DNA from: Octopus sinensis
Taxonomy: Eukaryota
Length of the DNA stretch: 64,000 nt
Reading direction: 5' to 3'
Assembly (NCBI RefSeq): GCF_006345805.1
Contig: NC_043012.1
Coordinates: 11,780,001 to 11,844,000, forward strand
The notes below the pieces were generated by a model. The model worked only from the letters and a program-made list of their open reading frames with translations, ran no database searches and was not told where the DNA came from. Position 1 is the stretch's first letter. Every line of letters begins with the position of its first letter. A program made the translations under genes and the position numbers. Of the stretch, positions 1 through 12,051 are shown piece after piece.

Positions 1-139
1 AGGTAAGACAATTTTTTTCAAGTTTGTTGCACACACGCATTTTTGCTAGGACATACGCGGTGAAGCCATACATTAGCGTCGTATTTATTACGTTCGCTAT
101 TTTCCAGTAAATATCGGTACTTCGTTGTACCATATATTT

Positions 140-224
<85 letters not shown>

Positions 225-227
<3 letters not shown>

Positions 228-415
228 CGGGAAGCTTTATGAAAATAGACAAAAGACGAAGGCAGGTTTACGGAAATAAACAAAAGACGAAGGCAGGTGG
301 AATACAAACAAACAATTGTATTAGTATGGCGCTCAGGAATATAAATAAAATAAGTCAAGTCTTTAACGTTTCGAGCCTACGCTCTTCAACAGAAAGATAC
401 ACAGAAAAGAAATAT
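225..415 (-). mobile_element. Short Penelope-type terminal-repeat element (family D, copy 1) with hammerhead-like motif
   Basis: Minus strand reads TCTTT-CTGTTGA-A-GAGC-GTAG-GCTC-GAA-ACGT-T-AAAGA at 366-392. Homologous to 20830-21030 and 23850-24005. Flanked by (TA)n. Has an internal 19-bp tandem duplication ACAAAAGACGAAGGCAGGT. Confidence 0.65.
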
Positions 416-426
416 ATATATATATT

Positions 427-466
<40 letters not shown>

Positions 467-671
467 ATGGAGTAAGTACCAAACTTTAAAAAAGAAAGTC
501 CTGGGGTCGATTCATTCGACTAAAACCCTTCAAAGCTGAGCTCCAGCGTGGCCACGGTCAAATTACTGAAACAAGCAAAAGATCAAAGGTAAAGCATTTA
601 GCCCGATTCTGACTGCTTGTTTTGCCCTATTTGTCGTACAGCTGATATTAAAAGAACAATAATTATCGTTT

Positions 672-870
672 TTATTACTTCGGCCTTAGCGAAGGCAGAG
701 GTATTGTTTTCAGTCGTGTTTGTTTGCTTGTTTGTCCGTGGACAAGATATCACAAGAACTGCCGGATGGATTCGGATGAAACTTTCAGGGATGTTTGGCC
801 TCGTGACGGATCGATCCGTTTACGGACACGGATTCTGGATTATTTTTCCTGTTTTTCTATTTAATTTTTA
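672..870 (+). mobile_element. Helitron/Helentron-like non-autonomous element end
   Basis: TTATTAC-TTCGGCCTTAGCGAAGGCAGAGGT stem-loop (677-702), then a GTTT/GTCC microsatellite-like tract and GGATTCGGATGAAACTTTCAGG. This layout is typical of HINE-like elements. Confidence 0.5.
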
Positions 871-1039
871 AGCGCGACCGGGTTCTGTTTTAGTATTCTC
901 GTTTGTGAGAGCAGTCGAGTTTATATCAGATATTCTCATTTAAAAAATAATTTCTGGCTAATTGTTGAGAGGACGTTGGTGTTGACTTGGCGGGGCTTTG
1001 CGCTCTTTGAGTACTCTTGTTAGTTATTGTTATTCATTG

Positions 1040-1252
1040 AGGCAGCGAGCTGGCAGAATTGTTAGCACGCTGGACGAAATGTTTAGCGGCATTTCGCCCG
1101 TCGCTACCTTTTGAGCTCAAATTGTGCCGAGGTCGACTTTACCTTTCATCCTTTCGGGGTCGATAAATAAAGTACCAGTTGAATACTGGTGACGAGGTGA
1201 TCGACTTTCACCCTCCCCCAAATTTCAGGCCTTGTGCCTATAATAGAAAATA
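1040..1252 (+). mobile_element. tRNA-derived SINE family A (variant A2)
   Basis: Head GGCAGCGAGCTGGCAGAA; central GTCGACTTT(A/G)CCTTTCATCCTTTCGGGGTCGATAAATAAAGTACCAG; tail CAGGCCTTGTGCCTATAATAGAAA. Many copies in this window. Confidence 0.85.
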
Positions 1253-1299
1253 TTATTTAATGTTATTGTTATTTATCACAAGGTTAATTAAAAGTACAG

Positions 1300-1479
1300 G
1301 GGCGCAGGAGTGGCTGTGTGGTAAGTAGCTTGCTAACCAACCACATGGTTTCAGGTTCAGTCCCACTGCATGGCACTTTGGGCAAGAGTCTTCTGCTATA
1401 GCCTCGGAAAGACCAAAGCTTTCTGAGTGGATTTGGTAGACGGAAACTGAAAAAAGTCCGTCGTATATATATATATTAT

Positions 1480-1571
<92 letters not shown>

Positions 1572-1800
1572 TATGTATGTGTGTGTATATGTTTATGTGT
1601 GTGTATGTGTCCCAACATCTCTTGACATCGATGCTGGTGTGTTTACGTCCGTGTGACCTACCGGTTCGGCAAAAGAGACCGATACAATAAGTACCAGGCT
1701 TACAAAGAATAAGTCCTGGGGTCGATTTGCTCGACTAAAGGCAGTACTCCAGCATGGCCGCAGTCAAAATGACTGAAACGAATAAAAGAATAAAAGAAAG
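1300..1800 (+). mobile_element. tRNA-derived SINE family B, full length, with internal (TA)n microsatellite
   Basis: A-box-like TGGCTGTGTGG, B-box-like GGTTCAGTCC, CORE-like GGCACTTTGGGCAAG, internal TA/TG tract, 3' GCATGGCCGCAGTCAAAATGACTGAAAC and (TAAAAGAA)n tail. Confidence 0.9.
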
Positions 1801-2122
1801 AAAACGAATAAAGAACAACAAATAATTGCATGATTAACATTACACACAACCAATATTGCAGGCTACTAACGATTGCATTAATATTATAGACTCCTAATCA
1901 GTATATGGTTAATGTTAGAGACTACTAACTGTTGTATTATTAATGCTAATTATTATATGGTTAATATTACAGATGTTGAATATTTGAAATGGTTATGGCT
2001 GAAATCTGGCAATGGAAATTGCAGTCTATGCTTGGTATGGTTAACATTCATTTTCATTAGTTTTTCCTTGATCTTACTTTCCTGTTCCTTATCTTTCTAC
2101 ACACACACACACATACACACAC

Positions 2123-2163
<41 letters not shown>

Positions 2164-2439
2164 CCATACACACACCTCTCGTACACTTTTCACCTCATTC
2201 GACTGAGGCCACTGACCTGCTCGAGGACCGACACAAACACAAACGCATACGCCTTAGAGATACTACCACATGCACACACACATATACCACATACTACTCA
2301 CCTACTCACATAAGCAACAACACACATATTACTCGCACATACTACGCAACCATACTGGCGCCTATAAATACAGAGACTGGCTTGTTTGCGAGTTCAAACG
2401 TGCCACGAGCACATTTGAACTGGTAGTAACATTGCATAT

Positions 2440-2861
2440 ATATATAACGTTCGTATTACTGTTGTTCTACTTGTCCTGTCGTTTACTGTTTTTATTTATA
2501 TTTGTATTTTTACTGTCTTGTATTATTTTTACTGTCCTGTTTTTGTTACCACTTTTACCCCACCGCAAAAAATCTCAAATTATTTGCGGGAAGGACCATT
2601 TCATCGGCGTCGTGTCTCGCCTTTACCTTCGAAACGCGGAGTAGACGAAACGGAGGCGGCTGAAGAAGAGGAATTTTCTTTGTGTCGTATGTCTTGTACC
2701 CTGTTTTTTCGTTGTTTAAAAAAAATATCTGTTTCCACGGTTCTGTTTTTATGTTTTCGTTTCTCATTGTGTTCGACGTTTTTTTGGTGTCCTGTACCTA
2801 TATATGCATGTATATATACATATAGATGCAGGTACGTACATATACGTATGTATATATGCAT

Positions 2862-2870
<9 letters not shown>
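2440..2870 (+). mobile_element. Interspersed repeat family F (putative Penelope-type terminal repeat)
   Basis: Shares GTCCTGTACC(C/T)ATA(T/C)AT and the T-rich body with 48430-48675 and 56690-56960. Carries GAAAC...CTGAAGA motifs at 2631-2666. Confidence 0.45.
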
Positions 2871-2899
<29 letters not shown>

Positions 2900-2914
2900 A
2901 CAAAATTAAAAAAA

Positions 2915-3505
2915 AATTTATCAATGGCCAGCATATTAAAAAATACCTTATAGTGATGAATTATATGGTTATGGACGATGTGTCTAATTTTGGCATATTG
3001 GTATTAGAAATGTTTTCTTTTGCCCTTATTTATAAATTTAACCTTTAAAGGTATTTTTTAATATGCTGGCCATTGATAGAATTTTTTTCGAAAAATTTAA
3101 TCCTATATTAGATGTAAATTTAATAGTGTTCACTTCCGGACTCTCTCACTCTATAAGAGTTTTCAGTTCGAATCGCACGTGTCTCGAATGGGCTGGAGAA
3201 TTTCTATTTTGGATATATTTGGGGTACTTAATTCTGCTCATGATTTAGCGTTTGCTTCTTCCATGGGTATAAGTAAGTATTTCATTTATTTCTTTGCCGC
3301 ATTTATCACTGACGAAGAGAAGGTTCTTATGAATTAACTCTGAAATCGGGTCCAATATGATAATGACGGAATGTTTTAGAAATTTCTGTCGGCTTTCTCC
3401 GAGACGCGTGCTTATAGTGATGAATTATATGGTTATTGACGATGTGTCTGTTTTCGGCATATTTGGCATTAGAAAATATTTTTTCTTTTGCCCTTGTTTA
3501 TAAGT
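2915..3505 (+). mobile_element. Penelope-like pLTR remnant with direct and inverted partial duplications
   Basis: A ~90-bp segment (2949-3040) is directly repeated at 3415-3505. A 29-bp perfect inverted repeat (ATCAATGGCCAGCATATTAAAAAATACCT / AGGTATTTTTTAATATGCTGGCCATTGAT) brackets the first copy. Hammerhead motif at 3297-3369. Confidence 0.6.
3297..3369 (+). ncRNA. Type I hammerhead ribozyme motif (predicted)
   Basis: Stem I CCGCATTTATCA/TGATAATGACGG; core CTGACGA 3309-3315; stem II AGAG/CTCT; GAA 3342-3344; near-palindromic stem III ATCGGGTCCAAT 3345-3356; AUA cleavage triplet with H17 at 3357. Confidence 0.65.
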
Positions 3506-3511
3506 TGTATA

Positions 3512-3561
<50 letters not shown>

Positions 3562-3984
3562 ACTTATAACGGTTTTCGTGCGTTTCTTAAATGGCTTATA
3601 AACACTTTCCAATTGTTTTCGTTCCAGCACACGATCTCAGATCAGGTCACTTGCTATGCAAGTACATCTCCCTAGTTTTTAAGCATCGTATGGTTACGAG
3701 GGTCCACCAGAATAAAATAGTAATCAAAGGGGTCCATAGATAAAAGTGGTTGAGAACCACTGTGATAAGGCTAATTTGTCAAGGTAATGCTTACATGTAA
3801 TGCTTACATACGTATATACATACATAGTTAATCCAAACATGAACAAAGAGAAAATACAACAACGCAAGGACGTAGAATAAGTATAGTGTTATTGGACGCT
3901 CAGAAAAGGAAAGAACGAAGGAGGATTTCACGTTTAGAGAGGAGCTCTTAGTCAGAAATATAGGAAAAAAGAAACACATACATA

Positions 3985-4648
3985 CATACATACATACATG
4001 TTCATACATACATGTTCATACATACATACATACATACATACATAACATACATACATACATACATACATACATACATACATGTACATGCAGATATACGTAC
4101 ACACAGTGCTGTCTTAAATACACAGCTATTACGGTAACCTCTCTTGTTGTACATAAACTGCATATGTTTCGATTTCATGCACACACACATAGACACACAC
4201 GTAGACGCATGCACACATGCAGATCTGTCCTGACTTCCATACTGAATAAAGGATTAAGGATTAAGCTGAACATTAATCTGTTTGTTTAGTAAAACTGCAT
4301 CCGGTTATTGTCAGTATTATTCTGGGACAAAACAGAAATCTTAGCTTTGTACACATACATACCCATACACACACACGCGCATACACTCACATGCTCGCAC
4401 ACACACACACACTCATCCACACACACACATACATACACATTCACAATCGCACACACTCATACACATTCACACACATATACACGCACTGCTATGCTCACAA
4501 ATACACACATACACACATACACGCACATGCTCATACATATTCACACAGACATGCACACTCACATTCATACATACATCACACACACACCACGCTCATAGAC
4601 ACATACACTCACATATTCATTCACACGCTCATACGCGCACATGCTTAT

Positions 4649-4696
<48 letters not shown>

Positions 4697-5355
4697 ATAC
4701 TCTCATATCCACATACACACATATACACACTTATACGCACTCACACACATACACACTCGGGCACACATAATTATACACACTCACATGCACACACATTTAC
4801 ATGCACACGCTCATACATACTCACGCAACCACACAAACATACACACTCACACACACACAACCCCTCTCCAATGGACGGATGTTTATCAGTTTCAACAATA
4901 GTTATACATTTGTTTGATCAACGGCTCATTCAAGTGGTTGAGTATTCCTCAGACATGTGTACGCTAAACGTAATTCTCGGCAGTAACAATGAATTATAGG
5001 TACAATCCATTTGAAGGGCTTCTATACAGTTTCCATTGCTTACATGTATATATTGCATGTATGTATATACGTCTAAGTGTGTGTGTGTGTTTGTCCGTGT
5101 CTTTATGCGTTTGGTGATCTGTCTTGTTATGGTGTTTCTGCCATGTTTGTGTTTGTGTGTATGTTTGTGCGGCATAAATTGCACCGGGTTTGCTTATTAG
5201 CGTATGAGTGTGTTAGCTCTCTCTCTCTCTCTCTTTCACACACACACATACATACATATATACGTATACATACACACATATACATACATATATACATATA
5301 TAAATATATGTATATATATACATATATAAATATATGTATATATATACATATAAGT

Positions 5356-5426
<71 letters not shown>

Positions 5427-5620
5427 ACATATATTTATACACATATGCACTCTCTCACTCACTCACACACACATATATATACATATATGTGCATATATAT
5501 ATGTCTATATATCTACATATATATGTATGTATATATGTATGTATTATATATATAATACGTATGTGTATACACCACACACATATACATATATGTATATTTA
5601 TGTAAATGTTTGTAAATGTA
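3985..5620. repeat. Compound (CATA)n/(CA)n/(TA)n/(TG)n microsatellite and degenerate CA-rich tracts
   Basis: Visible di- and tetranucleotide runs. These explain the HT/YI/CV ORFs in the track. Confidence 0.95.
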
Positions 5621-6097
5621 AATGTAAATACGTGTTGTTTTTTTTTTCTTCTTCTTTTGCTTTGCTTTTGTTGCTGAGTGGCAGCTCCGGGTCAACTAAT
5701 TCCCCAACCTGTTGCCATTTGCTGGTGTTTTTTTGTCGTTGTTCTTGATCAGCACCGCTACCCACTCCAACAACTCTCCAGACTTCCAGCTTAAAGATAT
5801 ACAGAACTGTAACAGAGCACAGCAATCAGCCTTGCTTTCCTAATCATGATCAGCTTGACCGTAATGGGTGAGGTCATTTTGACCTACAAGTTGGGGTTAT
5901 AAAAACAGGGTCTTCTCTCTTCAATGAAGAGGCTACTGAATCCGTCAACAGCTGATTTCATTGAAGCTGCGTTATTGCCTTCCGCAGTGAGCATAAATGT
6001 TATGCAGAATATTCGCTCTTTCTGTTATTTTATCTGATTTTCATCTCAAAATTTCAAAGGATATAAAAGAAAATTAAATATTATATTCAATATGATA

Positions 6098-6400
6098 CTG
6101 GCATGGATGTGTGGTTGAGAAGCTTGCTTTGAATCCCCATGGTTTTGAGTTCAGTCCACAGCATGGCACTTTGGACAAGTGTCTCCTACTACATATATGC
6201 CCGGGATGATCAATGCTTGTGAGTGAATTTGGTAGAAACTCTAGTAGCCCATCGTACACACACACATACACACGCACACACGTGCAGGTGTGTGTATAGA
6301 TGTGTATGTGTGCTTGTGCATATGACTTTATCTTTGTGTTTGTCCCCTACTACTGCTTGACAACCCGCGTTGGTTTGCTCATGTTCTCGTAACTTAGCAG
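6098..6400 (+). mobile_element. SINE family B, decayed 5' two-thirds
   Basis: GGATGTGTGGTTGAGAAGCTTGC...GGTTTTGAGTTCAGTCCACAGCATGGCACTTTGGACAAGTGTCT matches the family B head and core. Confidence 0.75.
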
Positions 6401-7059
6401 ATTTAGAAAAGATTTCGACAAAATGATTGAGATTCCTTTAGCAAATGAAAAATCAAACAATGAAAGACAAGAAAATTCCTTTAACTGGTTCTTAAAATCA
6501 ACAATAATAGCATCAATCAAATGGCAAACTTTTGGAAATCCTCACATATTTTCATTCAGATTGCATTGAATTAAAAAAAATTAAAACCTTTGCGTTGGTT
6601 CTTTTTTTTGTGTAACCACTTCTAAGTTATGGACAGAAGGTCATAATCGTAGCTGTTCTAATAACAGAGAAAGCGCTGATTCAAACCATTACAGTAAAAG
6701 CCACACTACCACGAAGGACAATACCATGTATTTCCATTTTGTTAAATCTCAAATTCCAAATAGCCAGAAAAAAGAACAGTCTTGCAAAATCTTAGATACA
6801 CATTCAAATTAATGGTAGTTTTATGCTTCAGAAAGACTCTTCTACAATCCCTAGTTGAACAACCATCAGAGATGGTTTATTTAAAAGCTTACTCTCTTCA
6901 TCAGATCGACATTTTCTGTACAACTGCACAATGTGTCACACGTCAGCTGTAGATTAACGTGAGATGAAGAGTTTTGCTCAAGAACACAGCACATCACACG
7001 GTCCGCGAATCAAACCTACGATCTCATGATCGTGACTTCGGCATTCCACCGAGATTGAA

Positions 7060-7560
7060 TTTACCTTTCACTCCTTTGGAGTCGATAAGATAAATACCAG
7101 TTCATCACTAGGATCGATGTAATCAACTAGGCCCCCTTCTGAATTGTAGGCCTTGTGTCTATAATGAATAGGCTTATTATTAGAGGATGGGATCTGGTAG
7201 AATCATAAATACGCCAGAGAAAGTACTTGGCGGCATTTCTTCAGGTTCTACGTTCTGAGTTCAAGTTCCTTTGCTTTTCATCCTTTCAGGGGCGATAATA
7301 TAAGTACCAGCTACATACTGAGGTCAGTGTAATTGACTTACACCCTCCTCCGAAATTGCTGGTCTTCGAACAAGATTTGAAAATAGATAATTCTTCTACC
7401 TTTACGTTTTGATTTCAAATTATGCCAATATCAACTTCGCCTTCCATTTCTCCTGGGTTGATAAAATAAAATACTAGCATAGCATTTGGGTCGATGGTAT
7501 GGACTAGGCTCCATTTGATTTGCTGATCTTGTACGTAAATCAGAAACCATTATTATAAGG
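7060..7560 (+). mobile_element. Cluster of three decayed SINE family A2 copies/fragments
   Basis: Repeated (G/A)CCTT(T/C)CA(T/C)...GGGG(T/C)GATAA...AAGTACCAG core at ~7062, ~7270 and ~7435. Confidence 0.7.
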
Positions 7561-7639
7561 GGAGCCTGAGGAGGGTTGGTTGCTGAATAATTAAACCATT
7601 GGACAGAATTCTTTAGAGTTTATTCTTTGTGGTTTATTT

Positions 7640-7880
7640 AGTCTAGTGAAAGTGCATGGCCAAGTGGTTACGGAGTAACAATCAAAGTCATTAGATAGTG
7701 GATCCGAGTCCCTGACTAGGTGGAGCATCGTCTTTTTGAGCGAAACTCTTCCTTTTCACGTTACCCCGGTTCATTCAGCTGTAAATGAGTAACCCTGCAA
7801 TGGCTAGTGTTCCGTTCAGGAGTTAATATTGTGATCTTGGTAACAAATACGCCATGGTAACCGATTCTGTGATTCCCTGG
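7640..7880 (+). mobile_element. Decayed tRNA/CORE-type SINE related to family C
   Basis: GCATGGCCAAGTGGTTA head; TTGAGCGAAACTCTT...TTCACGTT...CAGCTGTAAATGAGT core. Confidence 0.6.
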
Positions 7881-8002
7881 ACTTGAGACAGTACTTACCG
7901 TGATCGATTTAGTCAACTAATTTCTCCCCTTAAATCTCTGGCCTTATACTAGAAATATAACATCATACAAAAAATTTCTGTTCCATATATATGTAACGAT
8001 TA

Positions 8003-8224
8003 TACGATGAAGGTGCTGAAAAGTTTCTGGATTTAAAGGTATCGTAAAAGGCCAGGTTGGCGGCCTAACCTACCGAGTTCTTTTTAAGGAATTAGAAAAA
8101 CTGAAGGACCGCTGCAATAAGTGTGTGAATCTGAAAAGGGAATATGTTGAATGAAATCATAATTAACTGATCCTCCTGTATTTTCTCTTACCCAAAGCAA
8201 AGAACTTTCAGCACCCCCTTTTAC
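8003..8224 (+). mobile_element. Mariner-derived MITE, copy 1
   Basis: TA + CGATGAAGGTGCTGAAAAGTT ... AACTTTCAGCACCCCCTT inverted termini. Interior encodes [15 protein letters not shown](G)EYVE*, the C-terminal motif of mariner transposases. Confidence 0.75.
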
Positions 8225-8331
8225 GTACGTACATACATACTTACATCCATCCATCCATCCATCCATCCATCCATCCATCCATCCATCCATCCATCCATAC
8301 ATACATACATACATACATACATACATACGTG

Positions 8332-8558
8332 TACAAGGAGGTGCTGAAAAGTTTCTGGATTTAAAGGTGTTACGAAAGGCTTGGTTGGCGGTCCAACATT
8401 CTGAGTTCTATTGCAAGGCTTAGAAAAACCGAAAGACCACTGCAATAAGTGTGTGGACCTGAGAGGGGAATATGTTCAATGAAATCATGATTAAATTATG
8501 TACCTTTTTGTTTTCTTTTACCCAAAGCCCCAGGAACTTTTGAGCACCTGATCGTGTG
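8332..8558 (+). mobile_element. Mariner-derived MITE, copy 2
   Basis: Diverged copy of 8003-8224 (GGTGCTGAAAAGTTTCTGGATTTAAAGGT ... GAACTTTTGAGCACCTGATCG), separated from it by a (CCAT)n/(CATA)n tract. Confidence 0.75.
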
Positions 8559-9016
8559 TAGTAAATAAATGAGAAGAAGAAAATATTAATTGATATAGTC
8601 TTTATTATATCATTACAATGTCAGATATAATTAGGGTTAGGGTTAGGGTTAGAGTTGTTGCTGTACACAGATTATTTGCAGTTTTTTTAATCCATTCTGT
8701 AGGTAGTTAACTTCATCTTTTGATGACTGCTAGGAGAGCGGATAGAAGAAGGAGAGAGAAAGAATACCAGTATATACCTCTTTGGGTTGACACGTGGAAA
8801 GAGTGAACGTTGTGCAGTGCCTCGAATGAGGTGCTTCTCTTGCCAGCGCCAAAGGAAAAGAGGGAGAACTGAATTTGGGTTCTGTGTAAATTTCTCTTAA
8901 CTAAATTAGATCAAGCTACACGTAGGATTTTCTTTTGTTATCTCCCTTGATCTAAGTTTGACTCGAAAAGTTATAAGTACAAAGAAAGGAACTCGTAGAA
9001 AAATCTTCGCCAGGTG

Positions 9017-9463
<447 letters not shown>

Positions 9464-9752
9464 ACAAGAATGTGAATTTAAATTTGTGGTCGATGTTTCG
9501 AAATGAGAATGAGGGCAAGCAAAATGCTTTTCTTTTTAATTTTTAAATATAAAATGTTAGAGTAAAAAATTGAGCGAGTCACAAAACTGGTAAAATATTA
9601 AATAAATAAATGAAACATTATGCACACAAAACCTGATTTGATTAATTAGTTTTGAAAAAATTAGCGATCTGTATTGATTACTGATGAACTAGTTGGAAGG
9701 GTATATCGATTTAATTGAAGAAAGCTGCCAAACTACTTTTACGACCATCAGC

Positions 9753-9802
<50 letters not shown>

Positions 9803-9955
9803 GTACATATGTATGCGTAGAAGTGTATTTGTGTTTGTGGTGTGTGTATGCGCGTGCGTGCGTGTGTGTGTGTGTGCATGTGTGTGTGTGTGTGTGTGTG
9901 TGTAAAAATGTATATGTGAAACTGTTTGTGTATAGCTGTTTTCCGAAATGTGTCA

Positions 9956-9987
<32 letters not shown>

Positions 9988-10438
9988 GTGAGTGGGAGAG
10001 AAAGAGAGAGAATGAGACAGAGGGAGAAAGGGAGAGAGAGAGAGAGAGAGAGTATGACAATGAAAGAGAGAGAGAGAGAGAGAGAGAGTGAGAAAAAGAG
10101 AGATAGCAAGGAACAGACCGTGTGTGTGTTTGTGTTAAAGTCTGTATGCATTTATGTGTGAAAGCGTTTGCTTACGTATGAGGATGTCGGTGTGCGAGGG
10201 GGGGGGGGGTTGTGATTGCGTATGCGCGCGCGCGTGTGATGTGCGTATGCGCGCGCGTGTGTGATGTGCGTGCGTGTGTGAATGAGTGAATTCATTTATT
10301 CACGTATATATGCGAACGTGTTCATGAGTTTTTGTGTATGTGTGCATGTCTCTCTCTCTCTCTCTCCCTCTCTCCCTCTCTGTCTGAGTGTCTGTCTATC
10401 TGTTTCTCTCTCTCCCTTTCTCTCTCTTCCTCTATACA

Positions 10439-10503
<65 letters not shown>

Positions 10504-10719
10504 ATGCGAGCGACTGGGAATAAGTGTATATGCGTCGCTGTGTGAATATGTGTATTTAATTATGTATATGTGTGCAAGTGTATATGAGTGTTTGTGTCAG
10601 TATGTCTGTATGTGTACGTTTGAATATGAAAGTGTGTAAATGCGTTGAGCATGCATTTGTGAACGACGGAGAAAGAACGGTTAGACAATAGAAGAAAGGG
10701 AGGGAGAGAGAGAGAGAGG

Positions 10720-10772
<53 letters not shown>

Positions 10773-11162
10773 AAGAAGGTAGAACTCTTAACGGAAAGCT
10801 ATAGAGAGCGCTCCGAGGGGTGAGGTTGAATAAATATCGATTTCTGCTATTGCTGTGATTTTTCACAGAAGAATTTTAGATTGAAGAAATTACAATGGGA
10901 ATGTTTTTGTTGTTGAAATTTAATTTTGCAATTAAAAAATAATTTCAATAAAAGCTAAAAAATAACGACAAAAAAGAAAAACAAAATTTGAACGTCAGAG
11001 AAACTCTGATTGGATTATTTTTGTTTGAATTTAGTAGCTCGAAGCGATGTGTATTCTTAAAACTATACAGACTTTACTGAGCAGCAGAATCGCAGGAATG
11101 GTAGAACGTCTGGATATATTGCTGTGAATACACTCTTCAAATTACCATACCTTCAGTGAGGT

Positions 11163-11440
11163 GTGAAGGTGCGTAGGTTAGTGGTTTAAGTCGTTGCATT
11201 CCCAATTGTAAAATCGCGGTCTCGATTTCCAGAGCGGGCGGTGCGATGTGATCTTGATTAAGACATTTTATTTCATGTTGCTCCAGTCCACTCAGCTGTA
11301 AATGAGTAGCAATAATAGCTGGAATGTTAACCCCGTGACGGACTGGCGTCCCCTTCAGGGAGAGGGGCAGTCTTGTAAACTCAGTCACAGTTCCCGGTGG
11401 TATGAATCCTAATAATCCCATGAACTGACCTAGGAAGGAA
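11163..11440 (+). mobile_element. Decayed family C-like tRNA/CORE SINE
   Basis: GTGAAGGTGCGTAGGTTAGTGGTT head; TTTATTTCATGTTGCTCCAGTCCACTCAGCTGTAAATGAGT core. Confidence 0.7.
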
Positions 11441-11821
11441 TTACAACCGTGTTTCGTGGTCTGCTACCACAACAGCTCCTTTATAGGATCCAGTTAGCTC
11501 AAGACATCATCAGGAGGAACCACGTCCGGTTTCGGCCCCTACTCCTCTACCGTTTTGACGTGGCGGCCCCCCCCACCCTTTCGGAGGTGTCTTCAGCACT
11601 GGACTTAACTTTCAGTAACTATAAAATTAATGCAAAAAATAAGTACTGGTTACGATACACCAGCATGGCCGCAGCAAATGAGTAAAAGAAATGAAAAAAA
11701 AATTTGAAAAGACATTTGCCCTAAAATGCCACGCTGTGGGACTGAACTCGAGGCCTCATGGTTGGGTAATGAGCTTGTTACAAATTCGTTCTTGCGTAGA
11801 TCCATATATAAAGTAGATCTC

Positions 11822-12051
11822 AAGGCGGCGAGCTGGCAGAAACGTTAGCACGCCGGGCGAAATGCTTTCCGGTATTTCGTCCGCCGCTGCGTTGTGAGTT
11901 CAAATTCCGCTGAGGTCGACTTTGCCTTTCATCCTTTCGGGGTCGATAAATTAAGTACCAGTTACGCACTGGGGTCGATGTAATCGACTTAATCCGTTTG
12001 TCTGTCCTCGTTTGTCCCCTCTCTGTTTAGCCCCTTGTGGGTAGTATAAAA
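11822..12051 (+). mobile_element. SINE family A1, full length, with 18-bp target-site duplication
   Basis: AAGGCGGCGAGCTGGCAGAAACG ... TTTAGCCCCTTGTGGGTAGTATAAA. TSD ATATATAAAGT(A/G)GATCTC at 11804-11821 and 12052-12069. Confidence 0.92.

Noticed and set aside
6880-6910. Hammerhead-like CTGATGA-AGAG..CTTT on the minus strand
   Set aside because: The GAAA half of the core is absent (TAAA), and stems I and III do not form.
8631-8652. Interstitial telomere (TTAGGG)3; also CCTAACCCTAACCCTAA at 26467-26483
   Set aside because: Only about three units, too short to indicate a fusion or healing site without further evidence.
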